From positions 62,001 to 87,566 of the forward strand of contig JBKHGE010000006.1 in assembly GCA_046539845.1 (NCBI GenBank): a DNA stretch of 25,566 bases, written 5' to 3'. Numbering within the stretch: position 1 is the stretch's first letter; the number at the start of each line of letters is the position of its first letter. Origin of the DNA: Desulfonatronovibrionaceae bacterium (GTDB lineage: Bacteria; Desulfobacterota; Desulfovibrionia; Desulfovibrionales; Desulfonatronovibrionaceae). Under the pieces are notes generated by a model. That model saw only the letters and a program-made list of their open reading frames with translations. It was not told where the DNA came from and did no database searches. This document shows positions 18,634 through 25,566 of the stretch, piece by piece. Both the position numbers and the translations under genes were made by a program.

Positions 18634-18638
18634 CCGAA

Positions 18639-18890
18639 TCAGGTCTTTTCCAGGGCATTAACCTTTTCTGCAGCCGGCAGGCCTTTTATGCGCCGTTCCA
18701 ACCGTAGCGCCTCGCTTCTGCTCAAATCCCCGCGCACCGCCTCCACGGTCACCGGCCGCCTGCTTCGGGTATATTTGGAAGCCAAACCGAGATTGTGTCT
18801 TTGCACCCTTTTGTCCAGATCCTTGGTCACCCCGCAGTAAAGGGAGCCGTCCGCGCATCGGAGCACATATGTCAGCCAGTCTCCAGCTAT
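18639..18890 (-). CDS. Small GIY-YIG nuclease family protein (YazA/YhbQ-like)
   Basis: TYVLRCADGSLYCGVT, RVQRHN, SKYTRSRRPV, SEALRLERRIK. Start uncertain: track GTG 18950 lies inside pqiC, while GGAG points to ATA at 18890. Confidence 0.85.
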   Translation of the reverse strand: MAGDWLTYVLRCADGSLYCGVTKDLDKRVQRHNLGLASKYTRSRRPVTVEAVRGDLSRSEALRLERRIKGLPAAEKVNALEKT

Positions 18891-18912
18891 TTTCTCGTCT
18901 CCGCGGTCAAAA

Positions 18913-19503
18913 TCAGTTGATACGCGTTTCGGCCAGATCCCGGGCCACATCCCAAATCACCTCGGTCCATCCCCGGCTAAGGACCCGGACCATGGCCGGA
19001 TATCCGGCCTCGGGCAGGGGCAGATCTTTTCTGAACCGCTCCTTGACCAGCGTATCGCCCTTGGGGGTAAAAAGCCTCCAATGTCCGCTTATTAAAGCAC
19101 GACCGCTATCTTTTACCTGGAAGTCATCCACCCGAATCAGCAGGCCCGGACAGGACCTTTCCCCGGGAGTGGACGCCTCTCGCCAGTCTATCTCCGGAAG
19201 AGCAGCGGCGAGCTGCACGCGGACGATCCGGCCCAACTGATCAGCCAAGGGCTCCGCCCACTGGTGATGGCGTGCCCGATGGATGCGGCCGCTTTCACCG
19301 ATAATGACCATGCGCCTCTCCTGGAGAAACTCGGGCAGGCTGACCGGGTAGATGCGCACCGCGGTAAGATCGGTCCCGGTTTTGTCCACCGCCTCCGGCC
19401 TGGACCCGGGGAGCAGATATTCCTTCGGGACCGAGCCCGTAGCAGAGCAAGCGCACAGAAACAGGATCGCAGCCCCCAGGAACAGCAGTCTGATGCGCAT
19501 CAT
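18913..19503 (-). CDS. pqiC: PqiC-like outer membrane lipoprotein
   Basis: Lipobox LCAC; YLL, VSLPEFL, HQWAEPL, ISGHWRL; ATGA overlap with pqiB. Confidence 0.85.
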   Translation of the reverse strand: MMRIRLLFLGAAILFLCACSATGSVPKEYLLPGSRPEAVDKTGTDLTAVRIYPVSLPEFLQERRMVIIGESGRIHRARHHQWAEPLADQLGRIVRVQLAAALPEIDWREASTPGERSCPGLLIRVDDFQVKDSGRALISGHWRLFTPKGDTLVKERFRKDLPLPEAGYPAMVRVLSRGWTEVIWDVARDLAETRIN

Positions 19504-21161
19504 TCCTTCTCCCTTTCCGCTTTCGGTGGTATTTTGTCCGGCTGATGCCGACGGTCAAAAATCAAAGCGCTGGGTCTTTCCCGCAGTTCACGGACCAGCG
19601 GCTTGAGTTCCAGCAAGAGTCGCTCCAGGGCCTGCAAATCCCGCTCGAGCTGTTGCCCGAAGCGGCTGCCCTGATCATACCCGGCCAAAGTGGAGTTAAA
19701 CTGTTCAACCGCCGCCTCTAATTTTTCCGGAAGGCGGCGCTTGGAGGCATTATCCGACAGGCTCTTCAGGCTGTGGGAAAGATCGCCCAGCTCGGCAAAC
19801 ACCTCATCCGCGGCAACGAATGTGGAGTTCAAACCGGCCAGAGTACCCTCTAGCGGCAGGGTATTCAGCTTTTTGAGCAAGGCGTTCAATCCTTTTTCCA
19901 CACCTTCCAGACCGCTTCCGGAAGAGACCGGGAAGACCGGATGTCCCTGCCACTTTTTTTGTTCCCAAGGCCCCGGGTCCGGAACAAAATGCAGATCTAT
20001 GACCCGGGCCCCGGTGAGCAGGCTGGTGGTCTTTAAGGAGCCCCGCAGGCCGCGATCTATACAGTCCTGAAAGTAATCGGTCCAGTATCCGGAAAGTGAG
20101 GTGCCGTTCCCGGTTTCCAGGCGCTGCGGTTCGATTCCGGCAAGAACCGGGACTTTTTTAGTCTGGAACATAAGCGTAGCGTTGGCCTCAGAGCCGGAAA
20201 AAGGGACCTCTTTGACCGTGCCCACGCGCACTCCGCCGAACTCCACCGGGGCCCCCTCTTGCAGGCCTCCGGTATCCCCCTCGAACAAAAACACATAATC
20301 AATCGACCTGCGGAATTGATTGTTGATCGCCTCCTCTTTTGAGGGGTACAAGCGGAACTTGGACAGATCAGAGACCGGCCGGCCCGGTTTGTGCTCTCTG
20401 GTCAAACCAAAAGTTATGCCCCCCAGAAACAGATTCTCCAAAGAATCCACCCGCACTTCCAGCCCGCGCGCCGAACCCTTAAGCGAAAACCCCGGAGTGA
20501 GCCAGAATTGGACCGCATCGTTTACCAGACTGTCATAAGGAGCCTGGATAAAGAGGCGATAATTTATCTCACCGGTTTTGACGTCAAAATCCACTTTCTC
20601 GATATGACCGACTTCATAACCCCGGAAATGCACCGGAGTACCGATATCCATCTTGGCCAGATCCTTGCTTTTAAGGCGCAAACGGATGCCCTTGTCCTCG
20701 GTGGTGGAAAGCGGCGGCTGGGGCATCATCTTAAACTGGGTGCTCATTTTCCCACTGCGGCCCGGTTCCATCTCAATATATGCCCCGGAAAACATTGTCC
20801 CCAATCCACTTACGCCCTTAATACCCACCCGTGGTTTGACCACCCAAAATTTGGAGTCGGAGCGAAGCATCTTGTCCGTACCCTTTTTCATCTGCACCGT
20901 GATCAGGGCCTGCTTGAAGTCCTCACTCAGGCTGACGTCAGTCACCTCGCCCACGTCCACGTTGTGCACCTTGACCTTGGTCTTGCCCGACTCTATTCCT
21001 TCGGCATTGTCCGCCACCAAAACAATCTTTTCCCCCATTTCCGCCCAGTTGTCGTAAACCATCCAGCCAGCGACAATCAGGGCCAGAAGCGGAACCAACC
21101 ATATGGCGTTGAAACGCAGGGGGCGCAGATTCTCAACCCGGGCGCTCTCTTCCTCTTTCAA
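19500..21161 (-). CDS. pqiB: Intermembrane transport protein PqiB (three MCE domains)
   Basis: IWLVPLLAL, AEGIESGKT, FWVVKPR, GLGTMFSGAYI, PVHFRGYEVG, GAPVEFGGVRVG. TTG 21161 follows GGAGG and overlaps the pqiA stop (track start 21197). Confidence 0.92.
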   Translation of the reverse strand: MKEEESARVENLRPLRFNAIWLVPLLALIVAGWMVYDNWAEMGEKIVLVADNAEGIESGKTKVKVHNVDVGEVTDVSLSEDFKQALITVQMKKGTDKMLRSDSKFWVVKPRVGIKGVSGLGTMFSGAYIEMEPGRSGKMSTQFKMMPQPPLSTTEDKGIRLRLKSKDLAKMDIGTPVHFRGYEVGHIEKVDFDVKTGEINYRLFIQAPYDSLVNDAVQFWLTPGFSLKGSARGLEVRVDSLENLFLGGITFGLTREHKPGRPVSDLSKFRLYPSKEEAINNQFRRSIDYVFLFEGDTGGLQEGAPVEFGGVRVGTVKEVPFSGSEANATLMFQTKKVPVLAGIEPQRLETGNGTSLSGYWTDYFQDCIDRGLRGSLKTTSLLTGARVIDLHFVPDPGPWEQKKWQGHPVFPVSSGSGLEGVEKGLNALLKKLNTLPLEGTLAGLNSTFVAADEVFAELGDLSHSLKSLSDNASKRRLPEKLEAAVEQFNSTLAGYDQGSRFGQQLERDLQALERLLLELKPLVRELRERPSALIFDRRHQPDKIPPKAEREKE

Positions 21162-22414
21162 ACGACTTCCTCCCTTTCTAATTGCGCGCTGTCCCACAAA
21201 AGACGAGGATCAAAGACCATCGCCGCCAGCATGGTCAAGACCACCACTGCGGCAAAGGATACGGCGGCCGGGCCGGGAATAACGGACATCAGATTGCCCA
21301 GCCGGACCAAACCCACCAAAGTGGCCACCACAAACACGTCAATCATGGACCAGCGCCCGATCAACTCCATCCCCCGGTACAATTTCATCTTTCTCTCCAC
21401 CGGAATTCGACCCGGACGCCAACACTCCTTGCACAGCCAGAGCAGAGACAAGATCTTGATCAAGGGGATCATCACGCTGGCCGAAAAAATTATCACCGCC
21501 ACCGGGTAGGAGCCCATCTGCCACAGCTGAACCACTCCCCCCAGGATGGTGGACGGATTTTCCTTGCCCAGAGACACAGTGCTCATGATCGGGAATATAT
21601 TGGCCGGGACATACATGATCACCGCGGCCGAAAGCAAAGCCAAGGTGCGTTTCAAACTGGCCGGATTGCGGGTATGCACCTTATGGCGACAACGTCGACA
21701 AAGGCCGTGTTCACCGTTTACAATCGCCCCGCAATAATGGCATCCGGAGACCCCCTGTAACCGGGCGGGCGCATCCCGAAGCCCGTCCGGGGCCGGGGCC
21801 ATACCGCCTATATGCCGCCACAGCCAGCGCCTGTCCACCAGGGAAACCGTTTTGTCCACGAGCAGGGCATACGCGCACAGGGCCCAGAAGGAAAGTCCGA
21901 AGCTTATATCTATCATGCTTCTGAGCTTGACCATAGCCACCAGTACCCCCACCAAAAAGACATCGACCATAAGCCAGGGCTGCAGAGCCGGATACCAGCG
22001 GGACAAAAACATTGACCCGGGCAGCAGTCTGCGCAGGCGAAGCCCGGCTGCCAGGTACATAAGCACCAGCAGATAAATAAGGGGAATGACAAAAAGGGCC
22101 ATGAACAGGATTGCACCCAGAACCAGATAATCATAACTAACAAGTGTGGTCACTGTCTGCGGCAGGGAAGTGTGCCGGCCTGTCCCATGGGCGGTAAAGC
22201 CGAGGAAAGTAAAGGAAAAGGTCATTATAAGCATAAAGAGCCCGGAGGTGCCGTAGGCCAAAAGCCTGTCCAAAGTCTGGTCCGGCCAGATGACAAGTGT
22301 ATTCCCGCAGCAACGGCACTTCGCCTTCTGGCCGGGGAAAAGCCCGGGCAGAGGATTAACCCAGTCGCACTCCTCGCAGACTGTGGGACTGTCAGCAAAA
22401 ATATGCTCTTGCAT
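21158..22414 (-). CDS. pqiA: Paraquat-inducible protein A (two PqiA domains)
   Basis: CEECD..CRCCG, PWLMVDVFLVG, CHYC..CRRC, PANIFPIM, GRWSMIDVFVV, FDPRLLWD. Confidence 0.93.
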   Translation of the reverse strand: MQEHIFADSPTVCEECDWVNPLPGLFPGQKAKCRCCGNTLVIWPDQTLDRLLAYGTSGLFMLIMTFSFTFLGFTAHGTGRHTSLPQTVTTLVSYDYLVLGAILFMALFVIPLIYLLVLMYLAAGLRLRRLLPGSMFLSRWYPALQPWLMVDVFLVGVLVAMVKLRSMIDISFGLSFWALCAYALLVDKTVSLVDRRWLWRHIGGMAPAPDGLRDAPARLQGVSGCHYCGAIVNGEHGLCRRCRHKVHTRNPASLKRTLALLSAAVIMYVPANIFPIMSTVSLGKENPSTILGGVVQLWQMGSYPVAVIIFSASVMIPLIKILSLLWLCKECWRPGRIPVERKMKLYRGMELIGRWSMIDVFVVATLVGLVRLGNLMSVIPGPAAVSFAAVVVLTMLAAMVFDPRLLWDSAQLEREEVV

Positions 22415-22484
22415 AGGCTAGGGTGATCTCCTTTTCTGCGACCATGCCATTTTAACAAAAAACATGAAAGTCTATTTTCGTGCC

Positions 22485-22605
22485 GGGGACATTATAGCCA
22501 CCCCCCGGAGGGGTAGGCCAGATAAAATTTGGGGACCGGGTGGGAGTAAAAATCGAGGAAATAGGAACGATTGGAAATCCGGTTGAGGACAAATCCGGGA
22601 CATAA
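22485..22605 (+). pseudogene. C-terminal remnant of a fumarylacetoacetate hydrolase (FAH) family gene
   Basis: GDIIAT (22485-22502), then a frameshift in a C6 run to PGGVGQIKFGDRVGVKIEEIGTIGNPVEDKSGT-stop. Matches the FAH tail GDxIxTGTPxGVG..GD.V..EI..IG.L.N.V. Confidence 0.7.
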
Positions 22606-22617
22606 ACCCGAAATATT

Positions 22618-23622
22618 TTATTTACACATAGTGGAATTGCGGCCGCCCTTCTTGGCCTCGAAAAGCGCCTTGTCCGCCCGGGCAAGTATGGAGTTCAAGC
22701 TGTCCCCGTGCCGATAGGATGTCAGGCCCAAACTGGCTGTCAGGATGTCAACATAAGAAAAATCACAAAACTCGATTTGCCTTCGCATGTTCTGCGTGAG
22801 GCTTTTGGCCTCTGACAGGCCAGTCTCCGGACAAACGGCTATAAATTCATCTCCGCCCCAGCGGCCGATAAAGTCGGTCTTGCGCATTTTGGACTGCAAG
22901 GTATTGGCAAATTCGACCAAAACCTGGTCGCCCGCCAAATGTCCGAATTCATCATTTACCTGTTTAAAATAATCAATATCGATTATAATAATCGACAACT
23001 TATTATTATATCTTTCACAACGGTATAATTCCCTTTCCAGGCATTTTTCAATCTGCATGCGATTAAAAATTCCGGTTAGGTTGTCATGCGCCGCAAGCCT
23101 GGACAATTCATCCAGAGTGTTATTCAAATCAGAAGTCTTTTCCTCCACGAGACGCTTTAAAACTTTGTTCCGCTCTTCAAGTTCTTTTACCGGAAATGAT
23201 TCATCTTCACGGTGCGCACTGCTCGAGGGCAAGGAAAGGTGCATGTGTTCCATCTTCCATAATCCGTCGTACTTGGCCCAAATGATAGTCAGGCGCAGGC
23301 AAAAAAACTGGACCTCTTGGTCAAATATCATAGTCTTAAAATTCAATAACGCCGTATTATACCCAAAACCGGCTGATAACGCCGCGGTGTGCAGATCTTG
23401 CAACTCATAATATATAGGGTTGGGAGCCTGCTCAACATCTCTTTTGTATAGAGCACAACATTCATCCCCCCTTTTCATGCTTTCGTCCCATGCGGTGCCG
23501 TGCCCCGTGATATCAAGGGCCAATAATTCCAGAGTCTTGTCTATATCTCTCTGCACGCAATAAACTTCCAGATAATTATAAAAAGCCTTTTTCAGCTCTT
23601 CTTCGACTTTTCTCAATCCCAT
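22618..23622 (-). CDS. Diguanylate cyclase with N-terminal SnoaL/NTF2-like domain
   Basis: HDNLTGIFNR, DIDYFKQVNDEFGHLAGD, RKTD I-site, GRWGGDEF, RADKALFEAK; N-terminal ITGHGTA...WKMEHMHLS. ATG 23622 or TTG 23643. Confidence 0.88.
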   Translation of the reverse strand: MGLRKVEEELKKAFYNYLEVYCVQRDIDKTLELLALDITGHGTAWDESMKRGDECCALYKRDVEQAPNPIYYELQDLHTAALSAGFGYNTALLNFKTMIFDQEVQFFCLRLTIIWAKYDGLWKMEHMHLSLPSSSAHREDESFPVKELEERNKVLKRLVEEKTSDLNNTLDELSRLAAHDNLTGIFNRMQIEKCLERELYRCERYNNKLSIIIIDIDYFKQVNDEFGHLAGDQVLVEFANTLQSKMRKTDFIGRWGGDEFIAVCPETGLSEAKSLTQNMRRQIEFCDFSYVDILTASLGLTSYRHGDSLNSILARADKALFEAKKGGRNSTMCK

Positions 23623-24001
23623 ATCATCCCAGTCCAAAAACAAATTGAAAATTTAGAGGCTTATTGAAAAGATAAGTCTAAACAACGCGTTGGCGATTTA
23701 ACGTAGGGGGTGGACATGCTTTCTGTTGTCACAAGCCCTGCCTAAGCAATTTCCGATTACCACACGCAAACGCCGAAAATGTGAATTAGTTGAACGCCCA
23801 AATAAGAGCCCCTGGATTTAATAAGCGGATCTTTTTATTTTGACAAGGAGGGGTTGAGAGCAGGTCTTTTCTTTTGAACTGTAATTACCCATTTCGCGCC
23901 GGTCCTGTTTTGGGTAATTCAGCTTCAATATGAAGTGTTTTCGGGGCAATTCCCATTTCTCCATCCCCGACGCAGGTCCGATCCTAATTAATAACATGCT
24001 G

Positions 24002-24394
24002 CTATTCTTTAACGGAGCTCTGGTCATAAAGTGGAGAGATGACCCCCATTTTGACCCAGTGATCCGGCACAGGGAAACTGTAGGAAGAGGGCAACCCTCC
24101 GGGCTGGGTGTCGAGGGGCAATACCTCCACACAGAATTTTTTGTCTTTGACCGGCCAGATGGCCGCTATACGGAATGTATTTTTGGGATTTCCCCCTGAC
24201 TTAAACAGTTCATAACGTTGCAAAAAGTGTTTGCCGGAGTTCTGGAGGCTCCCTGCTTTCTGCCAGTAGACTGGAGGCATGGTTCTGGATACCCAGACTT
24301 TATCGGGCACTTCCCAGGCCAACGCAGAAGAGGAAAAGAGCGCGCAGGAAAAAAGCGACGCCAAAGCCACGAAAAAACCAAGACGTACGTTCAT
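24002..24394 (-). CDS. Hypothetical exported protein, possibly frameshifted (may extend to 23818)
   Basis: GGAG before the ATG; Sec signal MNVRLGFFVALASLFSCALFSSSALA-WE. Confidence 0.55.
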   Translation of the reverse strand: MNVRLGFFVALASLFSCALFSSSALAWEVPDKVWVSRTMPPVYWQKAGSLQNSGKHFLQRYELFKSGGNPKNTFRIAAIWPVKDKKFCVEVLPLDTQPGGLPSSYSFPVPDHWVKMGVISPLYDQSSVKE

Positions 24395-24517
24395 TGCAGT
24401 TCTCCATGGTTGACAGATTTATCTTTTCTGATGCGCATGCAAAAAATATACTTTTGCAGGCAGCGTAAAGTTTTAAGTAAAATCAGGGGATTGCAAATAT
24501 AGTTTTTGTGTTGCACT

Positions 24518-24637
24518 TTATCTTTCGAGTTTTTGCAGGCGTGTCTTTTCTACGAACATTCCTTTGCCTACTCCTATAGCCTTTTTACATGTCGTTCAGG
24601 CGCGATTTCCGCTGTGAACAACTGTCAATTCGGCCAT
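24518..24637 (-). CDS. Candidate UGA-readthrough selenopeptide or decayed UxxC selenoprotein gene (not in the ORF track)
   Basis: GGAGG (24642-24646), ATG 24637: MAELTVVHSGNRA-TGA(24596-24598)-TTCKKAIGVGKGMFVEKTRLQKLER-TAA, with a hairpin directly after the TGA. Confidence 0.55.
24552..24595 (-). promoter_or_regulatory. Bacterial SECIS-like hairpin
   Basis: RNA ACGACAUGUAAAAAGGCUAU-AGGA-GUAGGCAAAGGAAUGUUCGU: lower stem ACGA-CAU/AUG-U-UCGU, apical stem CUAU/GUAG, loop AGGA starting 20 nt after the UGA with G in second position. Confidence 0.5.
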
Positions 24638-24681
24638 AATTCCTCCGTTTTTTCTAAACATAGAGGATACTCTATAATATT

Positions 24682-24710
24682 ATTATACCGCAATTCAATG
24701 CCAAACTCAA
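24682..24710 (-). promoter_or_regulatory. Near-consensus sigma70 promoter for the UxxC ORF
   Basis: Minus strand TTGAGT (24710-24705), 17 nt, TATAAT (24687-24682). Confidence 0.65.
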
Positions 24711-24762
24711 CCGAGGTAGCCCGCCCGCTGTCGGATGTCGGCCGGGGCGCCGCCGGGGATCT

Positions 24763-24902
24763 GGGATTAATTCTTGAGTTTTGCATATGGCCAACCCGGC
24801 CTATAATCCTGCGCACGCAGGGCTCCGGGATGCTCGATTTGCAGGGGGCCAGCCACGGTCAGCCCATAAAGCCTGGAATTTAAAAATGAAAGACTTGCCT
24901 CC
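24763..24902 (-). mobile_element. Internally deleted RAYT / Y1 tyrosine transposase remnant
   Basis: VAGPLQIEHPGAL (24856-24818) resembles the RAYT start MARPLRIEYPGAL. It is joined out of frame to VRRIIGRVGHMQNSRIN, resembling the C-terminal tail. Degenerate inverted ends at 24763-24777 and 24889-24902. Confidence 0.45.
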
Positions 24903-25115
24903 ACTTTTAACCCTGAGCATATAAAAATCTTGCTATTGTTTCCCTATGCCGGTTAATCTCCAGAGAGCAAGGAAAATCTTTCAACCGTTTTTGCTTTTGA
25001 TTTCCCGGAACCGGCCCAAGCCCGGTGCCAAGTGCCAACTATATGGGCGCACACTTTGTTTACTGTTTAAACTCTTACTTTCTGTTATATGCTGTAGTTA
25101 CTCATCTCTTTGCTC

Positions 25116-25131
25116 TGGCATGATAAGTGCT
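25116..25131 (+). promoter_or_regulatory. sigma54 (-24/-12) promoter of the pentapeptide repeat gene
   Basis: TGGCATGATAAGTGCT = TGGCA...TGC with GG-N10-GC spacing, 45 nt before ATG 25177. Confidence 0.65.
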
Positions 25132-25176
25132 TTAATTCAGAATATTATCCGCCACCATTTAACTACTGGAAAAATT

Positions 25177-25530
25177 ATGCGCAAAAAATGGAAAACACTT
25201 TTGGGGGCAGCGATGGTGGCGATCTTGGTCTGCCTGATGACCATGGGCCGGGCCGAAGCGTTTACGCAGGAGGATGTGGATAAGTTAATGAAAACGAATG
25301 AATGCAGAGGATGCGACCTGTCCGGGGTCAGACTGCTCAGGACAGACCTGTCCAGGGCTGATTTGGCCGGTGCCGACCTGAGGGAGGCCGTTCTTACTGG
25401 TGCCACCTTGTGGAAAGCAAACTTGTGCCGGGCCAACCTGCATAATGTTACTCTTTTAGCCGCGGATCTGGCCGAGGCCGACATGTCCGGGGCGGACCTG
25501 GCCGAGGCTTATTGTCTTGGTTCACCGTGA
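25177..25530 (+). CDS. Exported pentapeptide repeat protein
   Basis: Signal MRKKWK...GRAEA-F; cap LMKTNECRGCDLSG; A[DN]Lxx repeats ADLAG, ADLRE, ANLCR, ADLAE. ATG 25177 is preferred over track start 24946. Confidence 0.82.
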   Translation: MRKKWKTLLGAAMVAILVCLMTMGRAEAFTQEDVDKLMKTNECRGCDLSGVRLLRTDLSRADLAGADLREAVLTGATLWKANLCRANLHNVTLLAADLAEADMSGADLAEAYCLGSP

Positions 25531-25566
25531 ATTGGAATAATCCCCCTTGGAATGTTAGCACTAGAT

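Noticed and set aside
20391..21509. 372-aa plus-strand ORF
   Set aside because: Antisense shadow of pqiB/pqiA.
23660..23815. c-di-GMP riboswitch, attC site or REP upstream of the GGDEF gene
   Set aside because: GCAAA...GAAA words and a GTAGGGG are present, but no supporting stems or paired core sites; the GCAAA/GAAA words are on the strand opposite the gene.
24438..24458. Palindrome TGCAAAA-N7-TTTTGCA upstream of the exported protein gene
   Set aside because: Real symmetry, but low complexity in AT-rich DNA and possibly inside the decayed selenoprotein frame; no factor assignable.
24689..24703. TGGCATTGAATTGC as a sigma54 promoter (minus)
   Set aside because: GG-to-GC spacing is 9, not 10; the sequence is the spacer of a good sigma70 promoter.
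24506..24883. Track ORFs 24506-24883 (+) and 24625-24816 (-) as genes
   Set aside because: They cross a promoter, the UxxC ORF and the transposase relic; no RBS or coherent domain.
25527..25566. Possible IS terminal repeat (TGGAATAATCCCCC...)
   Set aside because: Only 40 nt visible, with no partner repeat or transposase; cannot be supported.
1..25566. CRISPR array, tRNA/rRNA, integrase or defence system
   Set aside because: No regularly spaced repeats, RNA-gene signatures or such protein motifs seen by eye.

Overview
Bacterial window whose gene content suggests a sulfate-reducing deltaproteobacterium (Desulfovibrionales-like; inference). 1-10.2 kb is a GC-rich block: SplB-like radical SAM enzyme (5'-truncated), MetH-reactivation-domain-like protein, degenerate chorismate mutase/EPSP synthase fusion, small coiled-coil protein, PAS-HisKA protein without ATPase domain, aconitase, PpiD and MltC. 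10.2-22.4 kb holds a sensorless hybrid kinase, a radical SAM/SPASM enzyme, a YeiH/PSE exporter with a sigma54-IHF-enhancer type promoter, a NosP plus NahK-like kinase pair, and pqiABC with a GIY-YIG gene. 22.4-25.6 kb is visibly AT-richer: a SnoaL-GGDEF cyclase, a pentapeptide repeat gene and several remnants missing from the ORF track (FAH-family tail, probably frameshifted secreted protein, internally deleted RAYT-like element). The top candidate is an unannotated UGA-containing U-x-x-C ORF at 24518-24637 (-) with promoter, RBS and SECIS-like hairpin; it is either a 39-aa selenopeptide or a decaying thioredoxin-fold selenoprotein gene. All family calls come from motif recognition by eye, not database searches.
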